Of a stretch of 64,000 bases of DNA, positions 50,293 through 63,160 are shown in pieces. How positions within the stretch are numbered: the first letter of the stretch is position 1; each line of letters starts with the position of its first letter. The position numbers and the translations under genes were made by a program. Below the pieces are notes generated by a model. It did no database searches. It worked only from the letters and a program-made list of their open reading frames with translations, and had not been told where the DNA came from. Source of the DNA: Halocafeteria seosinensis (lineage: Eukaryota); assembly GCA_001687465.1 (NCBI GenBank), contig LVLI01000314.1, positions 1 to 64,000 on the forward strand, read 5' to 3'.

Positions 50293-51580
50293 ATGCAGGA
50301 TATCGAATTGAATGATGGCTTTACGTATCTTCCAGGGGAATATAAAGAACAGGAGGAAACATGGGAAGTGCGAGACTGGCTGGCGAACGCAAAAGAAGTG
50401 TGCCCTGATTCATCGGAGCGCTCCGTCGCCACAGGTACCAGTGGTAGCAACCCTAGTGAACCCGATGCGCAACGTAGGTGGCCCCAAAGAACTGGATTAA
50501 ATATTCTCGTATTAGATGTCTTACGGCTTACAGAAAACGATTCGAAACCGGATGTGTCCGGCTTAACCCCGCGCGAGAAGAGGTACGTCCAAATGATGTA
50601 CTAACGTTGAATCAGGTTGGTGGAAAAGAGACTATTTTATTCTGGCGATTTCTCAGGCGGGTCTGGAACCGAGAGAATGCAAGGAAAAGTAGAGAAAGGA
50701 AAAAACTGATGGTAATTCCATGCGATACCCAATATAAAGCAAGAGGCTCTGTCCATGACTGCTTTCTCCCGTCCCGTTACAGGTTCACGGGATGCTAGAC
50801 CGTCTAGAGCGCTTAAAGAAAGAGAATCATTTTCTGAAAGGCTATCTCCATTCCAACAATTTATTGGGAGAGTGGCATAATCAACTGCAAGAGGAAGGCA
50901 CAGAACCTGTAGACACTAGTTCTATAGATATTGAAGTAAGTCGCCTCATTGTTTATCAAGAGGAGATTCGATTTAGGTAACGCTGGGCTATGTTTGTGCA
51001 GAAGCTGAAAACGGAAACACTACCACAGAAAAAGACTCAGTCTATCCAGTTGGGCAGGAGTAGCAGTTCAAAACGCTCGGCTCCAGATACCAGCTCTTCT
51101 CATGTTATAAAACAGGCTAGGACTTCGTCCCATGGTGGAGGAATCGTACTAGATTATGACGACTACACCTTAATGGAGAATGTGCACGTCGGTCAACAAC
51201 ATTTCCTAATCACTGATCCGTCAATGCCTGATAATCCCATTGTTTTCGCAAGCGGCGGTTTCTACGAACTCACGGGATATACCCCTTCCGAAGTCCTAGG
51301 CCGAAATTGTAGGTTGTTACAGGGAAAGGACTCTGATCCCCAGGCCATCAGAGAAATCCATGAGGGTATTGATAAAGGTGAAGATGTGCATTGCGTTATT
51401 TGCAACTACAAAAAGGATGGGACAACCTTTTGGAACGACTTATTTATAGCTCCACTTCGTGGAGAGGACGGCAACGTGGTACATTTCTTAGGTGTACAGT
51501 GCGCCATCAGCGACGAAAGGGCACGGCGACTGTTGGATGCCAAAGCAAAACTCGGCCGAGATCCAAGAGAAGATGACTAA
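50293..51580 (+). CDS. Aureochrome-type bZIP-LOV blue-light-sensing transcription factor
   Basis: Introns 50583-50656, 50712-50782 and 50936-51001 (possibly also 50474-50533) give bZIP REKRRVWNRENARKSRERKKLMVHGMLDRLERLKKENHFL, then LOV ITDPSMPDNPIVFAS...GRNCRLLQG...NYKKDGTTFWN...FLGVQ. Confidence 0.9.
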
Positions 51581-52714
51581 TGCACTATTTCTGAAAAAAT
51601 ACTGTGCAAATAGGAGAGTGTACCTATTTACACAACCTAACTGGCTGGCCGCAGCTCCGTGTATTGAATAGATTTGTCGGTGTAGCCTACGTACATGGGT
51701 CTGGCTAATTATCGGGATCGCGTCGTTGCGCTTGAATAGGATCAATACACACACACACACGCACACGTATATCTCCAAGAGAGTTGAAATCCAATAAATC
51801 GAAAATACGTTCTTGAATACCATCACATCACCTACGTTTCGATATGCTCTTCCCTCTTGGAAGATTTGTGACTACGTAAGGTCCTAAGTGTAAGTCTTCA
51901 TGGAGTGGTCACAACGACTGACGTACTGTCAACGGAAGAAGTTTACCTCTGAGCACATAATGTGAAATTTGAATGCAACATGCTGCCGGACCGGGGTGAT
52001 AGCTCCCCTGGAAGTTAGTGTGACAGGAAATATTCGAAACAAACTGTGCGTGTCCGCACTGCATACAAAAAAAATATGCACACTGTACCCAGCCTGGTAA
52101 CCCAGGTTAGATATACATACGATAACTCCGTGTTGAGAATCGTGGCTGATTGACCACATGTCAATACAGAAACAATTTGGGCCCATTAATATTGGTCTTG
52201 GCGTCCGGTCCGGAGGTGGCAGTGCATTAAGAGTTTTTTTAGTGACTGGTAGGATCGGTCCGAGTTGTTTGTTGCTTTTGTCTGTAGATAATTTCTCATT
52301 CGGGTTGATTATTGGGCTCGTTCGCTCTATCTGTATCCACGTGTGAATCCTGAGCACTATCGTACGGGGTGAAATATTCGCGCTGTGGTGGATATAGCCC
52401 CCCTTGAAGGCCATATCTGTCCGTCAGCTCCAGGTACGTTGGGGGACGATGCCCCCTTTTTCTCTTTCTAGACGTCTCCCAGGAGCACAGTACGCAAACT
52501 TTCAATTCGGGGCACAATGAAGAACATCTAGTGGCCTGAATGAAGCATATGCGATGAAATATGGACAGAGGAAGGAGCAAATACTCTGTCTGCTTGCTCC
52601 TTCGAGCGCCCCCAAGCTCTTTCTGATGGTCATTATTGTGGTATTCTGAGTACATTTTGCCCATGTCCGCGAGTATGTCTTTGCCATACTATAGACACGT
52701 TCTTCGTATTGCAG

Positions 52715-55700
52715 GAGGTGTACGGAAAGGGGAGGAAAAGCGAAAAATCCGAGCTGGAGTGGCTGTGCAAGAATGAGCGATATACAGCAGAAGCAACCCT
52801 TTTGGGGCAATTTGCCTCCCAAGTCAAAGGTAAGGAATGTAGCGAATACCTCTATGCGAGTTCTAAGTGGTTCATGAATGATGCTAGGAAGTTACAGGTG
52901 GAAACGAGACTCGTCGCTTACCAGATTGCAGAAGGTTTTAGACCTTTCTTCAAGGTAAGTGGAATGTAAAACTAGCTGTCCCCATCTGTCATTCCGGTTC
53001 TCAACAATTGTGCTTCCGGAATTGTACGCAGTTCTATCGAATACATTCCGGCGAGAAAGAAAACGAACTAGTCCTAGAAACGGATGCGCCGGAATCGTAA
53101 GCACTGCCAACCAATGTACCAATGTATAAAACAGAAACTGACCCAATACTCGCGACTTCCTTCTACTACAGTTGGACGAATAATTTCAATTTCGCCAAGA
53201 GCCTTCGCTTGATATATAAATCTAAGAAGCAACCAATTTCAATACAAGTAAGGGAGGTTACCCGATATGTGGAGGTTGCGTATCTGAGACCATTTACATC
53301 TTGTCTACCAATGCCAGCTATTTGATGCGGAGAACTCGCCCGAAAATCCTATATCGGAGAAAACCATAGACTTCTCAAAGATGATGCAGAATGATCAGTA
53401 CAGCTACGTTGTTACTTTTCAAGAGCGCTGTGTGCTTGACATGTTACCACTGGTATGCGACGACAAAACGGTAAATGCGGGTGTCGTCAAAGCAGATTTT
53501 GTCGTACACAATGCAACTGTCAATCAAGAATCGTTGAGAACATCTTTTTTCCTGGAATTCTCCCTGGTTGATGAAGACGGGGCTGCAGAGATGCCATTTT
53601 GGAAAATTTTACTCTTTACTAACCAAGAAGGACGTCTCAGTGCAGGACAAAAGGAACTACCTTTGAAGTTTGTTAAGGAGGCTCCTTCATCTGATCAGGT
53701 ACGAGTGTGCCTGTCACAGATAAAAGGAGGCTCTGTGTTGCCAATCGGCATCGGGGACTGCGACAAGTCCAACGTAGAACAGGGTCTAGCGTCAGAAATA
53801 ATCTTCGTAACAACTCCCTTTGATGCTATGTCCACTGAAGGAGACATGTCACTCTCTATAGAAAACTGCAAAACGGAAAAGATATCCGCCAAAAAGAGAG
53901 CTAGCACAATGGTTCCCTCAAGAGAAGCATCGAGCTTTCTCAGCAGTACGGGAACAACAGTTGCTCCAAGTGCTGCAGCTACCTCAACGCAAGGAGATAA
54001 CACCAGTGACACCTCACTCAAGTCGCAGGAGGAACCTAGAACTTCTGACGCTCCTGCGGAGACAACCGAGAAGCCCTCAGAGCAATCGTCTGATCGTGCA
54101 GCGAAGCCAACACAACCAGATAGCTCGCCGAAGCCGCCGAAACCCAAGGTGAAACCTTCAGCGGTCCACGTCACAGCACCAGAATCAGACGATGTCGATG
54201 CTGAGACGGTAAGTACTCCGTCGAGCCCAAAGACCGGGAAAGGGACTGGCAAGATTAAGACTCTTTCTTCGAAGAAGAGAGCGGGAAGACCCCCCAAGGC
54301 TGCACAAAGGCAAAGCAAAGAAACCGTAAGTCGCTGCTTACACACACTGCAGTATAGCATGTCCTAATGCATTCTATTACATACTTCAGGCGCAAAGCGA
54401 ATCCCTAGAAAGTCATAAGGACTCTCCTACTACCACTATTACTGAGGAGGTAAGGTTCAAGAGTGTATTAAATCAATCCAGTAGTGGGTAAGACCTTTTT
54501 TTCTGCTGCATGATCAGTCTACTGCCGAGGCTGCAACGGTTCAGACAAAGGTATGGCTACTGTTGCTTATGGTGATTGAATGTCTTGCCCCTGCTTAGTT
54601 CTTTGACCGAGTGCAGGCCATCGTCGATGAATCGGATGAGCAGAACTCAAATAAAGTAGTGGAAGACAACCGAAGTGAAGAAGTCGGAAATTCCGAAGAA
54701 CAGCCCGTTCAAGGTAGCACTGCGGCCGAAGATAATACCTCATCTTCTGGGGTGGAGGACACTCATACTGTAGTGAACACCGATAAGTCGCCTGTAACGA
54801 GCAATACAGTTGCAGAAGGGAATCAAAGTGCAGAAGCCAATATCCCCGAAAAGCATCCTGCCCTAGTTAGGGCAGATGGCACCGCCTCTTCATCTGCGAC
54901 GGAGGGTACTCAGACTACAGTCATTACTTCAGACGCTGCGCCAGCTTCGTTTACCTCACGAGTATCGTCGTCAGCGGGTGCTTCCCGGGATCTGGAAGCA
55001 GAAGCTAGCGGAGAAGCAACAACTACAGCTAGTATCTCTGTGAATAGTATGGATGGTGCTACTTCAACTGAAAGTGCAAAGACTGTGTCTGCTATTTCAA
55101 CAGGTATTTCGGAAGCATCTTCAGAATCCGCTCGGCCCATCGAAGTATCGTCGCAAGCGATGCCTTCATATGTATCCCATATGAAAACCGAGAACAGGGA
55201 CACAACCGAACCAGTTGACGAGACAGCAATAAGACCCGACACAGGAAACTCCGATGGAGATGCAACGAGATCGGAAAGTCATGATGCGCCAAGCAATGCG
55301 GATAGGAAGGAAGGACAATTGCAAGTGTCAGGAGATCGACCGTCGATCGAGTCAGAGAATTCTGATGAACAAACGCGTACGAATCAACAGGAGGACGAGA
55401 CTGCCAGACGAATCTCCTTAGAAGACTCAGCGGTAACACCGAATGTGACACACGGTGAGAGGGATACAAGTACTCCCCCCGAGGAGGAGTCCTCCGTTGG
55501 GGAGACGAAACTAGAACTGTCAGGGGACGTCACAGCGAAGACCTCAGATAAAACCAATCAATCAACCAGCAATAGTGTGTCCACCACGCGAAGTGCAACG
55601 CTCCCTGGACGTGAAGAGGGAGAGACGGAGCAGGTGCAGAATAGGCCTGATACTGTGGCAAGAAGAGGCTTACGTCAGTCTGCTGTAGGAGACTATCGTG

Positions 55701-58700
55701 AAGGATCACAATCTTTGACTGCCTTTGAAAGAGCGAGGCAGCAACTCAAGCAAGGAGGTTTGAAGATGGATCCGCCAGCTTCACCACGGCAAACTCCGTG
55801 GAGAACGAGAAAGAAATTTGTAATCCCCAAAGCCAGCAGCACCGACTCAGCTACCAGTCCACAAGCCTTCCATGTAGGGGAATCTTCTAAGGAGAGCAAA
55901 GTTATGGCACCTGATGGTGAAGAATCCGAGGCAAGTGCCAGCGCCTCAGCAAAGGATGCAGCTCCTGATTCCACCCAACCGCATGCGCTGGCGAAAAATT
56001 CTCGGCCGAAGGGAATAAGTTCTACAGCACAAGCTGGTTCTGACACGAGTACGCGCACCGACAGCAAAGCTCGTACTAGCAGTAATTTGCCAAAAGAGTC
56101 CACCAAACACGATGTTGCCGTCGATGAGTCCACCGAGCACGATGTTGCCGTCGATGAGTCCACTTCACAGAAGCCTAGTTTGGACTTGCTTGACCAGAAA
56201 AACCAAGAGCGTGAGGAGTCTTTGAAGCCTTCAGCGGAATCTGAAACCGCACGAGCAGGGGAAAATTTTGAACTCTCCGAACCTTCCCACAAGGAACCAA
56301 AATATAGCAATGGGCAGGGGGATGGCACCTTAGACCCCAACCGCTCTGGTTCGCGAGGAGGTAACGTGGTCACAACCCAGGATGTCCTTGCGGAAAGGGA
56401 CAGACAACAGGCCAATATTGAAGGGACTCGAGAGCAAATTTATTCGAGCAATGGATATGATGATACCCATGGAGCAAACATTACTCAATCCTCCGGGTTT
56501 CACTTCCACTCCACTGCAGTATCCTCATGGGCATTTTCTGAACCATCTCCTTGGGAAGTCGGACCCGTGGCCAGTCAACGGACGACCCAGCTAGAAGAAC
56601 CACTCGCTCCTCATTTCTCTGGCTATTCTCTTCCAGAGAATGAAACGTCACATGCTAACGAAGCCGACGAAGCGTCTTTGCTGTGGGATCGAGATGCGCA
56701 GAAAGCTGCAGACTGGGAAAGTCAGTGTGTCAGGGCTATAAGTAATTCTGCAGAGCTTCTACAAAACTCGAAGAAGTACATGGGCGAAATAGAGCATCGT
56801 ATAACAACCAGGCTCAAAGCCATAAGCACCACTACGTCTTCATCAGATTGGCCACAACAATGGAGGGAACTTACAAATAGCGTCAACTACGGACAGCAAT
56901 CTTGTACGAAAATTCGGAGCGTACAGGGACTTAAGGAGCAAATTCGAAAAATGGCGTCATCTCATGTAGTTTTTGAGAGGTACAGGTGGATTTTTCGCTA
57001 CGTCGAAACAATATGTGAAGAAGTGTGGAAGGTACTAGACGATTCAAAAGACAACGAATGGAACCAGTTTGGCCACCACAGTACTCTATCAGTCGTTGCT
57101 GATACACGTGCTTTGGTATTCGGGATAGCCCGCGCTTTGGCACGGTATTATGATCTGGAAGAGGCTCGATATATGTGGGAAATCGTCAAAGAAGGCAAGT
57201 TCGCCCTTGCTTCCGACTTAAAATTTTCGGCTGAAATCGTCCGCTCTCGTTTGCAAGATATTAGAATGCTATCGGCTGAACTTGAAAGCTCTATAAAGGA
57301 ACTGTGCAATGTCTCCGAGGAAGTTTTATCAAGGTATGGAGAGCAACTTGCTCCAACGGATATACAGCGCGGCATCAGCAGAGCACGTCTCGGGGACAAT
57401 GCTGACCCAACAGAGCTGAACCGAGCGTGTTATAAGCTTGATAAAGAAATAAAGATGTTACGCCAGCCTGACTACCTAGACTCTCTGCTGAATATGACGC
57501 GAATGTCTAAGGTTTTCAATGAATGCAGGCATGCTGTAGATCAGGTGAAACACCGAAAAGATGAGACTGAAGTGAAGTCGTTAGAAAACGCATTGCGTGA
57601 ACATCAAGAGTCAAACCGGGAACTACGAGAGTCAGTTGAGCAACGGGAAAAGCAGTGCAATGAGTTAACGAAGAAAAGAGAGGAAGTCTCCGGGCAATTA
57701 GATCAACTCCGTCACGAGGTGGATTCTTTTGAGAAATCCAAAGGAGAGGAGGCCCAAGAATCAGTAAATGGAATCCTCTGCGATACAGTCTCGGGCGGAT
57801 TTAAACTACGAGATCTTCTGCGGTACTCAACTGAAGAATCGAGCAACGATAACGTGGAAAGTGTCTTACAGGTTGTAAAACAGACAGATGAACAATTCAA
57901 GGCTACTAAGCCTGAACGAATGCACGTATTCCAACAGAACTTGGCCAATGCCACGCGAAGAACTGTCGCTGAGGCTCAGCAGACGCGACTGTCAGAAACG
58001 CGAGACGCAATGCAAAAACGATTGGAGAATCTCCAGAAAGATGCGAGTCGGAGAATACAAGCGTACTATGAGTCTCAAGAGTGTCATGACTTGGTGAACT
58101 CGTACAAAAACAGGATCCTGGAGGAGAGGGAAAAGAAGTCACAAGCCATTCGTCGGCAGGAAGAAATATCAACAAAGTTGAAAGAGCTCGACGATATCCT
58201 TCCAAGTATCAGGCACCGGATTGGAGAAATCAAGCAACTTGGCCGTATGAAGAAAACTGTGCGGCAGTTATGGGAGAATGCTGATCCCATAATACAGAGA
58301 GTAACCAGAACGAGGCAACCGCTTCCACCAAAGCTAAGGAATCTAAAGACACAGTGTAGTCTGGAAACCAAGAAACAGTTTCTAAGAGAATGTTTCCAGG
58401 CTGCCCCCTATTCGAGTATGTTTTTCCAGACGTTACAAGCCATCGTAGCACGTTTGAATCGCAAACGAGTGAGCAAGGAGCATCGTCCCGCAGCGCAGAC
58501 AAGACGGTCGACACATTACTCCTCCCGCTCCACTCCCTACCGACCCTCACAGCGAGAACCACCTCCCTCTTCGGATCACTGGATGCGCCATAGTTGGCAG
58601 GGAATGTTACGATCTGAAAGTGCACCTGAAGAGCAACAAAGAAGTAGTAGCACGCACTCCAGGAGCCCCTCCGCGTCAGAAGAGGTAGCTTCCCCACCAG

Positions 58701-59068
58701 GGCTTGATGAGAAAATCCGTTCTCACCTGCATCTTTCGCGGTCTAGCCAACCAGGTCACTATGCATCTACTGCCGCCACCGCTGACTCAGATATGAGAGT
58801 AGACCCGTACCGAGGCTCGGACACTGTCTCATACCATTCTTTCGGCAGGGGGCGGCGCAGTACCGCTGAGACCAGTCCAACTGGAAATGGCTCAGGGTAT
58901 GGAGTAGCGGACAACCAGGATACGGACGGACGATCCCAAGACAAAGCCAAAGATCAAATGCATCCCACAAGCGCTTCAAACGACATTAACCTTGTGGAAG
59001 AGCTACTAGGTGAAGCGAGACGTCTCAGGAGTCAAGCATCCGCGCTTCGTTACGCCTCTGAAGACTAA
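52715..59068 (+). CDS. Very large multi-exon protein: divergent C2-like N-terminus, long acidic/Ser-rich linker, coiled-coil C-terminus; 5' end unresolved
   Basis: ORFs 53381-54367 and 54611-59068 with small GT-AG-bounded exons between and upstream. Heptad-rich region about 57500-58250. Confidence 0.6.
56096..56163 (+). repeat. In-frame 30-bp tandem repeat (ESTxHDVAVD)
   Basis: gagtccacc(aaa/gag)cacgatgttgccgtcgat x2 plus gagtccac. Confidence 0.9.
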
Positions 59069-59518
59069 CTAAGGCCCATAGGAGCGTCAACAAGACCTCC
59101 ATCTCCAAGTGCCGCAACGTTGAGTACCGAAGTTCATACTACAGTGACTGTATGAATCACTGTACAAGCCCGTGGCGAGTGAGTTTCGATACGGTACAGC
59201 GCTGTATGTCCACTAGCAAAAACTCCGGGGTTTATATCGGTAAACTACGATGAGCTTGACATTAGTTGGCACAACCTAGCAGCAACATGACCGATGCGAA
59301 CCCTCCACTATAGTGTTGATGTTGGATAGTTCGTTGAACACTCAATGAACAGCAAAAAAACAACAATCTTTCTCCCACGTTACCCCCAAAATACAGTCAC
59401 AGCTCAGTTCTTCAGCATAGGGAGTGATTGACACCAATATCCTCACGTCCCCTTAGAAAGTTTTATAGTGGTACGTCTCATTCTAGTCCATATAAAGGGA
59501 TACATACATGCACTTAAA

Positions 59519-62500
59519 ATGTTGAAATCAGTCAAGGAGTGGGCAACCGGCTACAACCTCTTCCGAAAGAAGGAGGTTCCTCATACACATGGGAAAACAC
59601 GTTTCGCATCATCATTTGACCATCTAGCCCACGAAAGAAGCAAACAACGAAACCGGTCCAAGTCTCCGAACCCCTTTTCTCCTGCGAATGAAGATGTAGA
59701 CAAGGGAGGAACCCAACCGGCAAGCGCTCGGCCTCTCAATTCTTCTGCCTCATCCAAGCCTTCAGCGATACCATCTCACTCTAGACAGGCCAGAAGGGCG
59801 AAGATGAGAGAGACTTCAAATAAAGATGCGCCACACCTTGATTGGGAAGCACGAGTGATGATGGCGTACGAAAATATTCAAAATTTGCCGTCGAGAATAG
59901 GAGAAAAGAGCGTTCAAATGGTGAGATTTATTCAGGAATTTGATTATTCAAGCAGGATCAGCGTACAACAGATGGCCTTAACCTCACTCATTGTAGCAAT
60001 GGTCCTATCGATGAGAGTGATATTGCTTCCGGATCCTGTTTACGATGATGAGATAGCCACGCAGAACGACATGACAACGGGAAAACTCCCTCTACGAACG
60101 ATTCTAACACATGATTTCTGGGGCACGGACATGATCGAACCCCACTCCCACAGATCTTGGAGACCATTAGCAACGCTGCTTTATCGCATTCTAAACGTTC
60201 TGTGTTACGCTTACGGAAGGAGCATGATATTTGACCACGAGCTGTTGCCATACCGACTAGTTTCACTTGCACTTTACTGGGGCTGCAGTTTTCAAATATT
60301 TAAGTGCATCAGCATTATCAGCCAGTATATGAATTTCGATCAACAAAGTAAACTGTATAGGTATAGCGCAATATTCGCTTGTGCTTGGTGGATAGCCACA
60401 CCATTGCATGCCGAAACGGTAAGCTACTGCATTTGCTGTCTCGTCCATACAACCACATCACCTAGCTAGTGGGACTGGTAATGCAGCTTGGGCAATTGGT
60501 GGGGATTGCGGACATGTCCGCAACATTTTTGGTGCTCATTGCTACCAACGCGTGGATCTCAGGTCTTTATCATAGAACTTTAACTATGAACAAGGTTGCT
60601 CGGTTGGTGGGACTCTGCTCTTGCGCTCTACTATGCAAAGAAACAGGGCTTACCGGTCTCGGAATCCTCTTTGGCGTCGAGATTTTTCTCTACCTGTTGC
60701 CAACGTTAACAATGCCCAAAAGTGAGACAGGATACACGGTACTACAGGGTCCGATAAGAGCCAGTTTGTCACGATGCGCCGCACTGCTGGGTTCGGTGCT
60801 GGTTCTCTTGCTAATGAGGATGCTGGTAATGGGAGGAAGCGCCCCACCGTTTCCTGGTCACATGAATCCATTTCGCATGGAAACTTCATTTCGGAGACTC
60901 ATGATATTCGGGTACCTTGCCGCAAGGCATGTACTGCTGTTGCTCGTCCCCGCACCCTTAAACCACGATTGGAGCGATGGGTCCATTTCACCCATTTTAG
61001 AGCTCGCTGACACTAGAAACCTGCTGACTTTGTCTGTTTTAACACTGATTCTAGGATACGGATTGTGTGTTCTTTACAGACTCATCCGTGAGTTAACATC
61101 AGAGAGAAAACAGGACAAAACCTCTCTGAGAAGGGCCACTGGTTTCAGTTTGGTGCTATGTGCAGCACTAATCCCCTTCCTTCCAGCCTCAAACTTATTC
61201 TTTCCAGTTGGGTTCGTCATTGCTGAAAGAGCGATGTTCATGCCTTCTGCATTTGTCGCCGTCTTGGTTGGTTTGACGTTGCATTGTATCATCGAGCAAA
61301 TCTCGAAGACTGCTATACCTTTGAAGACAAGAGATGTCTTATTGAAAACGGCCGCAAGTGTCCTTGCTTGCACTTTTGTGGCTCTCTCTATTCGTATGTA
61401 TAATAGGCTAGGAGATCATATTAGTGTTAATGCTCTGGATCTGGTTGATATTCAAGTGTCTCCGGGGAATTCAAAGCTTTGGTATGACATCGGATCCCAC
61501 GCTTCCGGTTCTTCAGAATGGTGGCCCGAAATGAAAGGAGACCTGTTAGCAAGACAGAAATTGGGAAGCGGAGCAAGGAAGAACTTCATCGCTTACAACT
61601 GCAGTGAACTAAGAACTCGACTTAGCCTGATACAGATAGACAAGTTGCTGGATGGATACAAGAATGCACCAAGAGAGACGATCGTGTTTCCTTTGTTGTG
61701 GCACGACTGGGATAATCCATCTACGAGATCGAACGTAATGCACAACTACTTGGATCCTAATTTCCCTCCTGAACTAAACAGGGTAAGAGATAATTGTCGC
61801 GCGACCCTATGGAATAGTGCAGAAATTCCAGGATGTGCACGCCCCGAAGGTGGTATGAATCCTGCAGTGCTACCAGCAGACCCTGTCTACAGCCTCGCTG
61901 GCTTGTTTCCATTCGGAAGGTGGCTGTGGAGTACATTCTCAGGACCAACTGACCAAAAGCAACGCTGCCATGACAACGCGGTAGAAATAACTTGCGAGCA
62001 GATTGCTCTTCTAAACCCTTATCCACCAATTTACCAGCTTTCTTCTGCAGAGGCTATGACATGTGCCATCGCGCATCAACAGAGCTATGATACAGCTGTG
62101 TCAATATTGGCCGAGTCTGCAAGAATGAAGATTTCGGCAGAGGATCCTAATGACGTTAGCAGTGGAAGAAAGCGTTACTACACACTGATGGCACGGCTAC
62201 GGGCCATCGCTTGGGCGCTTAGAGATTCGCGACAATTAATCCATGACCCAGGAACCGGTTTTAAAGTGGGAGTAGTGATGTTAAATGGCGCTTACGAAAT
62301 CCAAAAGCAAAGAGACTTACACGGAGATGTTGAACGACTCAATGAACTGATGGCTGCCAGTGTTGCCGAAGCACTATATTTCATACGCCATGTTAGCGAC
62401 AGTTTGCGGCAGTTGGCCGGCCTGAAGAACCCTTTCATAAGCATGGACCAATGGCCGCCCGAGAGAACACTCCATTTCCAACTAGAAGGCATAGAAGAAG

Positions 62501-63156
62501 CACTCATGCCGCAGGTGGCGTTGGACGCGTCGAATGCTCCTGCGGACTTACCACCCTATACACATCCTCCAGTAGTTGTCCGCACAAGAGAGCAACACAG
62601 CCTACCCGACGCCGTAGTGCGCATAATGAGCAACCGACGGGTTAATTTTGATCGCTGGAACCGTCTCGAGGATCCACTAACCAATGCTCCCATGCTGCTC
62701 ACAGATGAAGAGATATCGCTGTTTACTCAGATCTCAGTGTCAAACGAACAGGGGAGAAGAGCGCATGCTGAAGCTCTGGCTCTCAAAGCTCTTGTCAACG
62801 AAGAGAGTGTCCTCCTATATCCACTCTGGCACGAGGCTAAAGATAGAGCGTACGATTGGCTCCCTACCAGGGTGGCATCTCTATCTTGGTTCTGTCCGGT
62901 CTATATTCAGTTGATCACTGCACAAGCGCAGCTTCAGCGGGAAGCCCGAAACATTCTCTTTACTTTGGAAGCAGCGGCTTACGCGTGCATAGGGGAGGGG
63001 AGAAAAACGATCTTCGAAGAGTTAATCAGTGTCATCAGTCAGCTCAAGCAACAAGGTGTTATGTCGGACTCCAGGGCAGCAGAAAAAACCCAATTCTGGG
63101 AGTCCATCTACTCACAAGAGCTTACGTTCTCCCAACAGATCCAAGAGCGCTTCTAG
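59519..63156 (+). CDS. TMTC-family protein O-mannosyltransferase-like membrane protein, two exons
   Basis: VYDD, HDFWG....SHRSWRPL, PLHAET|LGQLVGIAD (intron 60419-60486), LCKETG, P.PLNHDWS, PASNLFFPVGFVIAER. Confidence 0.85.
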
Positions 63157-63160
63157 ACAA

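Noticed and set aside
51746..51766. Third CA microsatellite
   Set aside because: Lacks the 57-nt repeat core; a plain simple repeat.
51929..52664. Minus-strand ORFs that could form a small gene
   Set aside because: No consistent exon chain or motif found; left unannotated.
53695..56415. Long antisense ORFs (221 and 240 aa)
   Set aside because: Shadows of low-complexity sense-strand coding sequence.
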